A DNA stretch of 64,000 nucleotides from Ophelia neglecta (Eukaryota), in NCBI GenBank assembly GCA_965285935.1, contig OZ260664.1, positions 31,744,001 to 31,808,000 of the forward strand. The letters are read 5' to 3'. The number at the start of each line of letters is the position of its first letter. Within the stretch, counting starts at the first letter, position 1. Below, piece after piece: positions 35,346 to 49,600 of the stretch. The notes beneath the pieces were generated by a model. That model ran no database searches. It was not told the DNA's origin and saw only the letters and a list, made by a program, of their open reading frames with translations. Position numbers and translations under genes: made by a program.

Positions 35346-38300
35346 ACCATCTATCTCGTGCCTACATATTTATCTCACAGCCACAAAGTAGGTGACTCAC
35401 AACATAAAGATGTTTAACTGGATCCTGAGGATTACTTGTACCTTCTCACCATCTCTAGATGATATATGATATTAATAATTCTCTGGCAGAAGATTATACC
35501 AGCTTGCCAGGGTATTGATGGGGATTTGCCCTGTTCCACTCATTTTTGTGTTCTTCAAACTCCACACATTTCCATGGCTGGCCTTGAGAAACACAGAAAT
35601 CAAGGGTATGGAGAGTGTCGAATATTTGGATAAGAAACATTGACAATCATCTTTTAGGTTTGTTTTAAGTCTAAAAGTGTGAGCCATTTTTAAGTTCAAA
35701 TTATTTTATCAGGAGATTTTGGGGCATTAAAACTACAACATCAAACTGGAGTAATATTTATCAGGGTGAATCAGAAGGTCAATTTGCTAATGGATCCAGA
35801 CAAAACTTACCAATCATAGCCACCTAGTTGCTGTTTTTTGTGGAGCAGTCCAGGATATTCGATGAGCAGGGATTTGTCTGTGAGAGGAGCATTAGGCTGA
35901 GCCATGTTAGAAGGTGTAAATAATATGGGATAATAGTCATTGATAGACGCTAGCCTGGGATTGATATGTACCCTCAACAGGAGTTTGGGTCTTCAAAATG
36001 GCATGTCATAGAAAGATTAGTGTAAAAAATCATTAATTTGTGACACCAGATGTTGGTGGTCCGGATGCAAAATAGTTCTGCAATATATTTCCTCACACCC
36101 AAAATAAAGTGTGGCTCAGTCCATACTACCTGATCAAGTTTTAAATATACAATTTTGCCTAGAATTAGGATAGATGGAGCACCTTTCACTCTACATTCCA
36201 CGTAGTGTCAGGGGAGACAAGTGGTCTTCTGAACAGAATGTGGCCAAGAACTGATGGGAGAATGCAGAGAGTAATTACAAGGTGATGGGGGTTACAGGAA
36301 GCATGCTGCTAGCATGCAAATCATGGCCAAAGATATTACACCTGTCCGGAAATTAATGGTCCTGGAAAATGGGCATGTGTGGCAGGAATTTGGGTCATTC
36401 ATGCCATGCCCCTCTGCTAAAGTCATTGTGTGTAGTCAAGCGTGCCACAGTCAAAGTATATATCTTTTACTAAGTCTTGTATCATCTGTCCAACAGTGGG
36501 GGATCACTTTCCTTAATTCTTAGATGAAGATGTTATACCAGATGAAGGGTTTCCCAGAAGAGGCACCACCATGTTCTAACATGGCTCAGAGAGGCCCCAG
36601 CTCAAATGTTAGCTGTTTACTCATCAGGGTGGCTATGGGTCACTTCTTTGTCCATCTATCATAGACATCAGTCAAAGGTCATCTCCAAGAAAAACTGTTT
36701 CATGGGAAAACTAACAGATAAACTAATATTCCTGGCCACCTGCCTACATCCTGTAGTGAGTTATCTTAGAAGACTGTTGTAGCTGGGCAAAATAAACAGA
36801 GGTACATGAACCTTTACTAGCGAGATGATAAGGTGTACTAAATTTATTATAAATTGGGCACAGCTTTTTCAAGAACAATAATACATTCTCCTAATGGTTT
36901 TCAAGTTATAATTAGGTCTGGTAGTCAAAACAGAAAGAACCAATGTGTAGACACTTGTCTTGCTCTGCTCCCTACTCCTGTTGACCTCTTTGAACTGGCC
37001 ATGACTGTGGAGATCACAGACTTACTCAACACCGCTCAATGCAGATTTCTCATTCAATTACAATATTTGAGTTATAATACTTACTCTACTATGTCTCAAC
37101 TGAAAATAATCCTAATAAGCCTTTACGTAAACTGAACATGCTTAACATTAAAATAAAACTGCATGTGAACATTAATACTTGAATTACACAAATTCTGAAC
37201 AAGCAGGTGTCCCATGTGAGTGGAACACATTGATGTAGCTTCATGTTTTATGTATGTCCCATTTAATATGAAGGTTGTGATGATGGTTGACTATTAGATT
37301 GAGTACACTGGTTACTAGTTGGTGTAGCCCTGACGGTCACATCAGTGAGATGGTTAGAATGGAAACGGTCATTGTCCTTGGTCATAATCCTATATTTTGC
37401 TCAGTTCCTCTTCACTAAATTACATTCCATTGATGGCTTAAATGTCCAATTTTCATGCTTTATGTGTGTTTTATGTTAAACCACTAACTCATCATGTGGT
37501 AAGTGCCCGTTAAGACTATTGTCATAGTGTCATATTCTATTATAACTAGATAAAGCTGCTCTGATTAGGTATTATGACATAGTTTGATAGCAGGATGTCA
37601 GTTTTAATGTCCTGATCAATGCATTTTTGTATCAGAGTGATGGCATTTCTCTGATCTAATGTGCTCTTTACTTAAACGGAATATGTAATTTTCATACTTT
37701 ATTGTATAGTACAAAAATATGAGTTGTCTTCCTTGGTAACTTGCTTTGCAATGTATGTTAACTGGTTAATAACTCACTATTACCTGATTAATAACTTATT
37801 TTCAGTAATTTATTGCTTTCTCAATAAATTATTTAGGTTTGCAGCCAGTGAATTTATGAGCTCTCTTCAAATTCATTAACCATCTTCACCATCACAGGAA
37901 GTTGTGTGCTAAAGTGAGCAGTCGGCAATGCTGTCTCTGTCTGACTTCTTGTCTTGGACACAATGATGCATTCCTGCAATCAGAACACTGCTTGCTCAGG
38001 CCCCGGGACATATTTGTCACACCTGAAGTGTGCTTGATTTAAGAAATAACGTTTGTACCAAATGGCACAGTTCTTTTCCAGCTCAATCCATTTTGTTGTA
38101 GCAGTTTAATAACATGTTATAAATGAATTATTAGGAGTTGTCAAATTGCTATTTGGTCATATCAAATAAGTTATCAGTGTATGATTTCATTGTGGTTAAT
38201 GAGTTGTCAACCAGTTATCAGGACAACAGCTTTAATGTGATACGTATTTCATACATGTTTAAGTGTACACTTTGTATATGTACATGTATATAAAATTATA

Positions 38301-38404
38301 TTTATCTGAACATGGTGAGCCTGTCCTGTACCCTATATGTCAGCACTATATATGAAAACACATTTTACCCCTAGCCCTCTACATATACGGGGTTGTAGTA
38401 GAGG

Positions 38405-38800
38405 AATTCTTTTTTTATTTTTATCAAGGTTTATTGGATGACTTTTTGCAGATGACAGATCATGAATGCCAACAGAGCTTCACATTATCATAACAGTTTT
38501 ACTGTTAGAAATAACTAAAAATCAATTTAGATAAATAGAACAAATCAACCTATAACATACTTGTAAGTGAAACAAATAGAGACAAAGCAAATTCAGCTGA
38601 TATAATAAATACACAAGTTAATGCAGGTAATCTGGCATTGATTTGGTTGTCAAATTCTTGTCCATATTGTTTTGTAGCAATCTCACTTAATTTGATATAT
38701 TACAATTGAAATATTAGCTGCAGTAGAGACTTTTCCGAACGGTTTTAATAGAAATTTTAATTCCTTTAAATCTGTGGGATACATACATATACATGAAAAG
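38405..38800 (-). mobile_element. Possible very old L1/Tx1-like LINE 3' end
   Basis: Minus strand has AATAAA followed by an A-rich tail at 38409-38436, and an upstream fragment EIATKQYGQEFDNQ loosely resembling Tx1/L1 ORF2 C-termini. Confidence 0.25.
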
Positions 38801-39507
38801 TTGTGTTTTACTCTATAACTCTATAAAAATTTATTACCATTAAAACAAGTGAAGTGCAATACATTACATATTGTTGACAATGAACAACAACAATGGCCTG
38901 ATGAACAGACATGGATGCCAAACTTGCTCCTTGTTTAGTTTTATGACAATAAATATTTGGCTACCAGTTCAGTGCCTGAGGACACAGTGGTAGGATATCC
39001 TTTTAGCGAGCACCGTGTGATGCTTTCAGATTTGATGTTATTAAAACTGACTCCGTATAATTTGAAATATCTCCAAATATTGTACAGATAGGTTAGCACT
39101 AAATATTTTTGTAGAAATTTAAAAAAAGTAATGCAGTTCTAAGGTGGTTGATGATAAACTCCTTCAAATGTTCTGTCCTAACAGGCCTGAAGGAATGATG
39201 ATAAAAGTTTGCCTGGTTGTACACATTATCATTTTATTTCTATTCCAATTACAATGTAGAAGCATACTTGCACTGTACATAACTGAGTGTGATTTGACAA
39301 TCACACGTACTACCTTATCTTTGTACCACATGTTTTTGCCTACTCTAGCTATTTGTCTGTTTGCCACACAGACATACAGGGTGTTTCATAATTCAAGTCC
39401 AATTTTTGTGTGTCCTTTTTGGGCAAATAAATTCTTAGAATTTTTCATTTTATAATTAACTTGCCACTTTTACATAACTCTGGGTGAATAAATTACACTG
39501 TATGTAT

Positions 39508-39570
39508 TAGAAATGTGGATATGTAATAGAAATATGGGAATGTAATAGAAATGTTGGAATGTGATAGAAA
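39508..39570. repeat. Short tandem repeat, 19-bp unit, ~3 copies
   Basis: tagaaatgtggatatgtaa / tagaaatatgggaatgtaa / tagaaatgttggaatgtga. Confidence 0.8.
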
Positions 39571-41934
39571 CGTCATCATAAAAGTTTGCCAATTAGTTGT
39601 CAGAATTGATTGTAGCCAATGTTTTCAACAGCAAACCTGAAGAAAATGGGGAAAGTGTTTTCTCTTTAAAATATTTAACCAGTCTGACAGGCATACATGT
39701 ATTGGCTAGCTATATTTATAGTTCAGGGCATTCGTTTCTAAAAAGATCATACTGTTGCGTCATGAGTTCTGAAACGAGCATTAGCATTGATGGGTTTACC
39801 CGGACATGGCTTTATCTCATGGAAGTGAACACAGTTGTAAGTCACAGTTCTTCAGATATAGATCCCAAAGAGAAAAGTAATGATATGAGATTTGGAGCTA
39901 CACATATATATGTTCAGAGGGTTTTTGGCATATCAGCATATCCCAGCGAGAAGTTCCTGCCAGGTTGGATGTTTACCATATTCAGGCTGATTGACCAGTG
40001 GATTTCTTGTTTAAGTTTTCACCTGGTCACTTGATTTGTATTTATATCAATCAGTATTCTTTAGAATTGTGTTGAATGTGAATTGACCTTCCCGGAAATC
40101 TAACAAGTCTGTGAAAGAATGACACTGTAAATATATTGAGCAAGACAGCCTCGCCTGGATTCCTGCAGGAGTATTGTGTTCTGGCCATGGTTATGGATGA
40201 CAAATTGATCTTCTCACCCGCAACTGATCTGGCATTTCCTGACATCATACATGTAATAAGCAGAGATGTATATACCTGTATATAGATCTCTGATATAAGA
40301 GGCCATTTCTTGGGAGGGAACATGGATTTGACCAAACCAGCTGTATAACATCTATAACTTAGGTGATATAAACAAGGTTTTTACTGTTAAAAGATAGTGT
40401 ATGCATGGAGTACTTTTATCATTATTAACTATTACTACATCAACAAGCAGAATATCATGCGGCAGACAGATTTTGGATTGCTATATTTTTATACCCTCAT
40501 TTTTCCACGCAAACAAGGCCCACAGTTTCCTGGTCACCCTGTACCTGTACAGGTATGTTTACACACAATAAGCATTCCTCAAACAGACTCAGCATCTATA
40601 TATACAAATTTTAAGTAATCTATGGACCTTACTTGCTAGGGGGATTTTTAGAGTTTTAGTGGCAACTTAAGTAGAAATTTGTGTCAAATTTCTGCTGTAT
40701 GTATACTTGCCTTTTGCACAGTTTAAGATACACGAGTTGAGTTTACATGTACACTTGTAGATGTACATGTATGTACACTGCTGTTCATAAGCACAGGTCT
40801 GTCTAGGCAGTAGAGGCCCACACCTCAATCACCATGTAGTCATCAAACAATAGGAGAGATATTACTTTATCATTTATTTCGTTTTATATCTGTTGTTAGT
40901 AGTAAAGTTAATGACTTCCCTGGAGGCGATGACCTCGCTGGGCTAATTATACCTGTGAAATATTGGCATCCGATACACCTGACATCGTTGATGGTCTATT
41001 GTCTGATGACTGCTCTTTCATCAGCCATATAATTACTACCCATCCTTCAGACATGTACCTGTCATGGCTGTTCAGAATATGGGCATATCATTAATAGGTA
41101 TAGCCTAAATATATACTCTAACGCAAGTAGTAAAATTGTTATTAAAAACTTAATTTACTTCCAGATATATTTGTTTTCTGGCGGGGTGGGCATGATAGCA
41201 TGTTTTTTTTGGTGTTTTTTGGGTGTAATGTGCATTTAGTAAGTTTAACCAAATGTATGTGTGAAAAATTTATTATTGTTTTGGAACATTTTAGAAATAC
41301 CTGCAATGTATTGTGACCCCGTATTGGTCCAGGCCAGGTCACACAGCAAGGCTTAGAATGCCCTATTTCACCGGATATCAGAATATAATAGTCAATAATT
41401 GAAATGTATCATATAAGCTTGCAAAGTATAATAGTATACCTTTCAGGTATTGAACAGTGCCTGCAAAGGAGACATTAAGCGTGTACCAGTTTAGCTTATT
41501 GGTATGTGGAGATGTAAGCTCCATGAATTCGAAGCATGTTCTGTCATTTAATACAAAGGTATCATTTTCCCAAAGGAGGATCATTGAAAAGAATAATTTG
41601 GCATGCTGCTCCCCAAGTCAAGTACATTTGTTGGTTATACAGTGGATCTCTTCCCCCAAGCAGGATTTACCATAACGCCAGACTAAACCCTAATAACCCA
41701 ACTCACTGGCAACATAGTGAGCGCAAACAAGTCCTTAATTTCAAGCTAATTTGCAAGAATATTTTGGAATAGCCCATAGAAATGCCTTTTCCATTAGTAA
41801 GAATATGTATCTGAGTGGGTTTGTACCATATTGATAAACATATATATGCCATTCTTATTATGGCCCTGAAGTAATTATCATCTCTTTGGGAATATGGCTT
41901 AATTGGAAGTGTCCCTTGGCTTGTGCCCCTGCCT

Positions 41935-42305
41935 AAAACCTCCCTCACCCACATACATAGCACCCTACCCATAACCTGCCTCACCCACAACCAAAGCACT
42001 CTATCCACAACTTGCCTCACCCACAACCATACACCCTACCCACAACCTGCCTCACCCCCATCCATAGCACCCTACCCACAACCTGCCTCACCCACATCCA
42101 TAGCACCCTACCCGCAACCTGCCTCACCCACATCCATAGCACTCTACCCACAACCTGCCTCACCCACTCCCATAGCACTCTACCATAACACTCTACCCAC
42201 AACCTGCCTCACCCACATCCATAGCACTCTACCCACAACCTGCCTCACCCACTCCCATAGCACTCTACCCACAACCTGCCTCACCCACATCCATAGCACC
42301 CTAAC
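41935..42305. repeat. Minisatellite, 36-bp unit (catagcaccctacccacaacctgcctcacccacatc), ~10 copies
   Basis: Period 36 (42063, 42099 ...). Confidence 0.95.
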
Positions 42306-43001
42306 CATCCAGTGCCCTCTGGCCCATACCTGCCCCATGTGCATGCATCACACCCTGCCCATAACTGTCCTATTACTCCCAACCAGGAGAGACCCGTTAC
42401 AAAGTTTGACAAATGTAACAACATGACAATAGAATACCCCAAGCATTTTTTTTCAAACAATCAGAATCATATTTTATAAAAGTATCACAAAATAACAAAT
42501 GTTTGGCATCAATGAAAGAGAACAAAGAAAGAAAAACATACATTGACACTCCAAACATTCAGTTTGGTTGCAACTGCCAATAAATTCATTGTAAGAGAAA
42601 TCCGGGGATTAAAACATAAAGAGTAACATGCGTTTGATGACAAGTTTTAGTATTGCTCTAATAAAAGTTTATGTATTATTCAGCGTTTCCACCAGTCAGA
42701 GCATTTCAGATTGTTTCAACAACACCAATAAGCTTCAGCTCATCAGTGGGATATTAATTAATGATTTATGTTTATTATTCATACCATGTTTATATAAACC
42801 AAAAAGTACATTTTTTCTAGCAAGCTAGCATCAATAAAATAAAATGGAGACATTATTACCCCACTCATGAAGGACAGCACTCCAAACATCATGCATTTAT
42901 TAATATTAGGTCTTTTGTGATAGTGATCTATGAAGCATTGTGTTCTGTAGCTCATTATGTACATGTTGGGATCTGTATACAAATAACATGAACTGTACAA
43001 G

Positions 43002-43159
43002 TACATTGGTCCCTGCGATGTAGGGCCCCTCTGATGAAGGGCCACCTGCAATGGCAGGACAGGTTTTGAAGTCCCATATCCTATCTTTTCCATGTTAAAG
43101 TACCTGCAATTTAGGGCCACTTTTCCTTTAGGGGATTAAGGGAGGGCCCTACATTGCAC
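43002..43159. mobile_element. Second, inverted copy of the 15.3-kb MITE family; one end decayed
   Basis: Begins tacattggtccctgcgatg. Its reverse complement aligns with 15330-15566 (shared aggtacttta...atggaaaagatagga...ggtggcccttcat). Confidence 0.8.
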
Positions 43160-43228
43160 GTTTCTAGCATGGTGCTTTTTAAAACATAGACTTGTGATTT
43201 GGTGAATGTTTTGTAGTGTGTACTGGAC

Positions 43229-43632
43229 CCGGCTTGATGGTCTGATTTGGCTTGGTGGTCTGATCTGGCTTGGTGGGCTGACCTGCCTTGGTGGTCTGAC
43301 CTGGCTTGGTGGTCTGATCTGGCTTGGTGGTCTGACCTGGCTTGGTGGTCTGATCTGGCTTGGTGATCTGACCTGGCTTGGTGGTCTGACCTGGCTTGGT
43401 GGTCTGATCTGGCTTGGTGGTCTGATCTGGCTTGGTGGTCTGACCTGGCTTGGTGGTCTGACCTGGCTTGGTGGTCTGACCTGGCTTGGTGGTCTGACCT
43501 GGCTTGGTGGTCTAACCTGGCTTGGTTGTCTGATCTGGCTTGGTGGTCTGATCAGGCTTGGTGGTCTGACCTGGCTTGGTGGTCTGACCTGGCTTGGTGG
43601 TCTGATCTGGCTTGGTGGTCTTGGTGGTCTGA
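43229..43632. repeat. Minisatellite, 18-bp unit (ggcttggtggtctgacct/tct), ~22 copies
   Basis: Period 18. Source of the spurious SQVRPP/WLGGLT ORFs. Confidence 0.97.
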
Positions 43633-46600
43633 CGGGGACAGCTAGACCACACAACTAAAACCAGGCTAGGTGGCACTGTCCACTCTTACTGGTGTCATTT
43701 TTGTAGCAGTTGTAAAGAAGGCAGACACCATAATCTGATTTGGCGCCCCTTGAAGTGGACCCAGTCTCCATGAGTCTCCTATGACCCCTGGCTATAAAGG
43801 TCATCCCAGGGACAGGGGACAACTTCCAGGGGCCCACAGTCAGATTATCACCTGCAACCTCCTCTCAATTGGCAAATATAAAATACGAAACAGTGGAGGT
43901 GGTAGCACCACGGACCATAATACTTGCACTGTATACTCGGTGCCTGTTTTATGATGTAATAACCATACTCAGGGGCATTTTATGGACAAAATCAATTATT
44001 TGTAGCAAACTTGATCATTAATATGTCAAAGAGTGGACACATAAAAATTGGCATGGTTTCCATGGGTAGACCAAAGTCAGGTACATATATGACCCATATT
44101 CATGTATAATAGAGAACATTAGTGACAAGAGCATCCTACAACAATCCTCAGATGTCTGCCATCTATTCTGAAATAAATATTACATCCAATAAGTCTGCCA
44201 TACACTATATCCTTAAAAAACAACGATTTTGCATATTTACCAAATTTCTTATCAATATCCTCCTTTATTTGCTATTAGTGTGCAACAGAGAAACAAGATT
44301 ATAATGTGCACTTACTAAGAGTTTCTTGGACAAATATAATGTCAAACTAAACAGTTAATGTTTCTCCATAATTAATCCTTGTGAAATTAAATTTTCTAAA
44401 AAAAACTCTTGAATACCGAAGTGGACAATTATGATAACGTACTCAAATGCCATTGCTTTGGGTTTTGCAGACATGTGGCACTGTCTCATTGTCTGAGAAT
44501 ATGTTAAATAGATTTGACCTGCATTTAGTTCATGTGGAAGTAAAATAGCCTGCATTTAATACTGCTTTAACCCTTTATCTATCAAGGTATTGTATTAAAA
44601 TTGTTAACCACAATCATCTAATACAAGAGGAAAGGAGTTAATAAAAAGAATAGTTTGTAGTTGGTGACAATTAGCTTGATGATTGATTCAGTGCAGAGCA
44701 GTAAAAGTCATTGAGGAAATATGTATTAGAATATTATAATGATCGCAGGTTGTAGCATGAATGGTGTTTCATTTCCTCTTTTTCTCACTCTACCACAAAA
44801 CCACTTACAAATAGTTGTTTAGCTAAAATTGTCCCTATATAAAATAAAATATTTTCGAAAGTAAAAAAAAAAGTGTCCTTATGTTTATAAGTCCTAAGAT
44901 GTCACATAAATTGTAATGCACTGACTGGCTGAACCCTCCCTAGTGACAGAGTCGATTTGTTGTCATTCCATAGGTTAGAGATCACCTCAGATCTGGAGAT
45001 TGGTCCCAAGGGGGCTTTTAAGGTCGGTTCAAAGTTCACCGAGGATTAACATCTTTGTGGATCTCTGTGGAAATAGCAATCATTAGTCTAAGGCTGGAGG
45101 CTATAGCAACTGTCCATCCTGGAACATGAAAGGACACTAATTTACATAAGTCACCTGTTTTTAATAGTTAGCATGGATAAACACTCTAATCAAATACTGA
45201 TGGTTGTTAACTCATGAGCCCAAAACCCTAGAACTGACAGGCATGGGTAGATATGATTGATTGAAGGTGCAGCAAATGTTGTACATAAAATGACTCCTTT
45301 TTGCACACCCCCCCCCCCCCCCCAGGGGCTGCCAGAGGATGTTTATTTAATAAGGATCCAGAGATCCAAATATCCTCTCTCATAGCCACTTTAAAGCCAC
45401 ACTCTCTTTAGTTTATCTCGAGCATGGTTTTTTTTAATAAACTTTTTTTTTCGCTGTTTGTGCCTGTGACCATTGGTTAAGCTTATTCCTGACCAGTTTT
45501 GTGTTTCTTCTGCTCATTTCCTATACAAATGTTTTGCCTAAATGCATCTTTTTACCAGACACTTCTTGTTGTGAGCAGAAAGGCACAATCCATCGTTTGG
45601 CCTCGGCAAATCCAGTCAGGCATACTTAACTTGAAAAGGACAACCAGGTTTTGCAAACTTATTCAGTGGGCATCTCAAAAATGTCATCTTATAATCCAAT
45701 GAAACCAGATTTTTATTTTGCCATAAAATCCTATTTAGTGAAGAAATACAAATATATAAGTGGTAGCATGGTTGAGAGATGACATCAGAAATATAACAGC
45801 TGATTGGGATATTATGATCTTTGGGGATACCCATGAAAATCACTGTTTCTTTACATTAATTAGGATCATTCTTTATGGTCTAGTCAATTAGAAAATGAAA
45901 AATTGAGTGCCTTTAATCTTTTAAGATCCAATTTATACAACGTTAACATGTGTGACTACCTGTATGTACAGTATAGGAACTCATTACATTCTTTTTAAGT
46001 AATTTAAATTATACCGTGTTCATGTAGATGTAAATGAAATTAAATATGATCCATAGACAAACAGTGTAACTGTACATGCACTGGGGCAAAAAATACAGAA
46101 AATTAGTTATAGCGATTAAATAAGACTTTTTGTCTCTCCTGATAACTTTTGTTAATTTGAGTTAATTATCATCATGACAGAATAAAACCTGTGTTTTTTT
46201 GTTTAAACAAACCAAAAGGTTTGACAGCTCCTGACATATGTGGTCTCCTCCTCAGAGGTATAGCTTACTAACAGTGGAAGTTTTTATGTAACATTGTAAA
46301 GGTGTCACGGTTAGAGGTTTATCACCCGAGAGACGGTAACTTGAACACCAATAACTTGCCATTGTATTCTCCTATTTTGCTCTTAAGCTGTATTTTTCTA
46401 ACCTTACAGATGATGCCTGTCTGACACAGATAAATCGTGAGCAACACTCTGCTTGAAGAAAAGGTAATTATTATGATATAATCTTCTTTCTCAGACATAG
46501 GGCCTGATTTAATTTGCCTTGATATTTGCACGCCCACTGAAAATGTCTCGTACAATCAAGATGTCATGACATTAGCCAAATTAAAGCCTTGGAGTCTTGG

Positions 46601-49600
46601 TTTTATCTGATGTACCTGGGTGGGAAGAGCTATTTTCTTGTTATTTGTGAGGGCCTAGATATTATCATCAGATCTCTATTAAATAGACTCCTCCAACAGC
46701 AAGTTGTCAGGCATCTGTTTGGGAGACCAGCGCAATCTTCTGTGAATGGAGGCAAATCATGCTCCATTTGGCCTTATTGGCATGTCTCTCCGCCTTTTAG
46801 GTATTTCATCTCAAATATGGACTTGGAGTTATTGTCCAAGGTTGTTTTTCTGTCACCTGCTCCCAGTTGCTCCTAGTGTGGCATGACATGCGGCAATAGA
46901 AATTGGCCGTGTTCCTCACGCAGATGACGAGGGATGACTACCGCATGCGCCGAGGACCTGCCACTACTAAGGCATCCACACCTCCCCATGTCTACTCTAC
47001 CAGAAAATTACCTGCAATGCCAATGCTAGATGGCATTCACTACTGTCAATATTAACTCTTAATTCCTCAAATGTGACCAAAATAATACAGATACAGAATA
47101 TAGCTTAAGACTAACATGCTTTATCAATCTTGGAAAGCTTCATTTCTTTAAAGGAGCTTAAGAGGAATATAAGTATTTGATTAAGTGTCTGTTCCTGCTG
47201 AGGCCTGTAAGTTTAAGGGTCTATTCACAGGTTTTCTTGTTAAATTTGAACGGGTCAAGTTGGATGTCATCACCCTACATGGTAATTGTTTGCAGTATTG
47301 GAGAGAGTTGCCGCTTCAGGGACTGTGACAATTAATGACATATAAACCAAGAAACTGTGTCAAACTGTAAGACACCCGCACCAAATATATACCTGCCATC
47401 CCACATAATTTGCTTCAAAGAATTTCTTAAATTGAGCACAAATTAAAGAATGTAGGCATTATTAATGTGTAGAGGGACCCGCTGGGAGGTTCTGATAATA
47501 AATCACACCTGATGTATGGGTGATGATGAACATATACCTGGGTTATAATGGTAGGTGTCAGAGTTGGGGGGTCCTTTGTCCCCTCATTGGTACCTCAGAT
47601 GAGGGGTGTGCTATTGGCTGGCAGGGGGCCACGACCAACTCAGAGTTAATAAAAGGGGGGTAATGTCATGAGTGGAACCTTTGGCTTCACACCACAGGGC
47701 TATTGTACCACCAAACACAGGAAAACACATAGACTTCCTTCTACTTTCATCCCCATGCGGTCACATTTCTCATCCTTTCGGCCATTGTGGGAGATGTCAA
47801 CTGCACCTTATTTGGACCAATTTGCGCACCTAAGTTGGTATTACAATATAATATCTAGGTGGAAACTACCACTTTGGGTAATAATGTATATAAATTGTTT
47901 TTGTAACCTGGCCTCTGAGATATCCATCTCAATATCAGTCTCAGCCAGGTCTGTTTAACTGTGGCTATTTTACCTTAGGGTAAACATCTTTGATGAGATT
48001 CGTTAATGGAAACATTAGGTAGTCAAGCATTAACATTTTATGATTGGATATAGCATAAATGAGGACAGCCATCAAACAATATCAATGAATACACAATAAT
48101 CCTATTGGCCTGAAATAATGACTGCACTTTATATATACATATCCCATTAATTCCCTTATAAATTAAAACTTCCTAATCATGGACAAAAGTCACTGTTACA
48201 TAATGATAATGCGTAAATCTTCTTAGTAAATATTTGTCTTTGACTGTTTTCAGTTTTAAACATGGCTTTGTAGATAGAATCATCCTTTGGGTATTACTTA
48301 TCTCTAAAACTAAATTCATTCATCACAAATAGTGTTTAGTTGATTGGACTTGTCTTAATTCTTCTGAGAAAGTCTTCTGAAGAAGCCATCTATTTAGATG
48401 TTGTAGTCAAAGGGCCAATCAGCTGTGATAATGTATGGAGATAACATAGACAGCTGTTAAATTGTGTGGAAGAAGGAGACATCTTGGTGATAACTTTTCC
48501 AAAGTTTAGAGTCTTAACTATCTCCAATTGTAAACTTAATGATTCTCAATCGTCTGCTGTAATTTTTTCTATGGCCTCTCTTGAAGTGAGTGTTAATAGA
48601 TAGACAGCAGGGGCTGTGGAGAAAACTTTATAGAATAGCTTTGATAGTACCTAGTCTTAGAATCAGGTTTACATTGAAAACAATGGTTCTATACTTCGAA
48701 AAGAAAATATTGATTTTTGTTGATTGGGTGGAGTGAACAGTCAGAATACAAGCAAATCTACTCTATAATGTATTGCTCCATAATGAGGGTAACACAGGTG
48801 GTTTAACAAGTATTTAGAAACGCCAATAACACCTACCTTAACCCTTCTTTAACCCTACCCAAGTACCCATGTACACTAAGCATGTTCTATCATCCCCTTA
48901 AAAAGGCAGGAGTCCCTTGAGGGACAGAGAGGACATTCTCTGATTCCTGCATGCTTGTTCATGTACTTGTATAGCGCTACACTGCTCAACGTAGTTTTCA
49001 AACCACGTCCCTTCTCTACTAATGAAATATGGTAGTATTTCAATGTGTTAGCAGGCAAGCATATTACCAGTATGTTCTGAAAGATTTATATGATTATAAG
49101 TTTATGTGTACATGTATATTAATTTGTACCAGTGTATAACACATTATTCTGATACATTGATACATGAAGCAATAAGGTCTACCACTTTCCCCACCCTGGG
49201 CACACTATAGTAATTCATTATAGTCAGAATGAGGTACAGCTGTCTATTGTAAAATAGACTACAACCTATCCATCACACCCACAGTAGATAATCATCTTCT
49301 CAATAATGTAGGTGAGACCATTAGATATTAAACCAAACGGATATCAATGGCGACTCTAACACTACTGTTGACCTTTTATTGCTTCAAATGCAAGCCGTAA
49401 AATTTGACATTTTTCCATGCCATGCTTTTTCTCCCACTTAGTAATGATCATACTGAATTACTGTATAAATCTACCTATAAAACTATAATGGCCATTTACA
49501 ACTTGGTGCAATGGATTGTTGTTAATTATACTGAAGTGACCCCTAGTCAGTTAGGAGCTTGATAAGTACTCGGTTGCCTTATACTCTGTGACAGATGGGG

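Noticed and set aside
39374-39502. TACAGGGTGTTTC start resembling a mariner-type TIR
   Set aside because: Only a weak partner end (tacactgta); not enough to call an element.
39597-40034. 145-aa ORF (and 160-aa ORF at 57887)
   Set aside because: Low-information composition with no domain motifs; the first has a non-ATG start and the second runs into a tandem repeat.
41923-42426. 167-aa Pro/Thr-rich mucin-like ORF
   Set aside because: Derived from the 36-bp array; the peptide repeat changes frame at indels.
43136-43658. 172-aa SQVRPP and 150-aa WLGGLT ORFs
   Set aside because: Both strands are open only because the 18-bp unit is a multiple of 3; no unique coding flanks.
43901-43918. AGCACCACGGAC resembling an RE1/REST site
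   Set aside because: The flanking consensus bases (TTC...AG) are missing; a single partial match.
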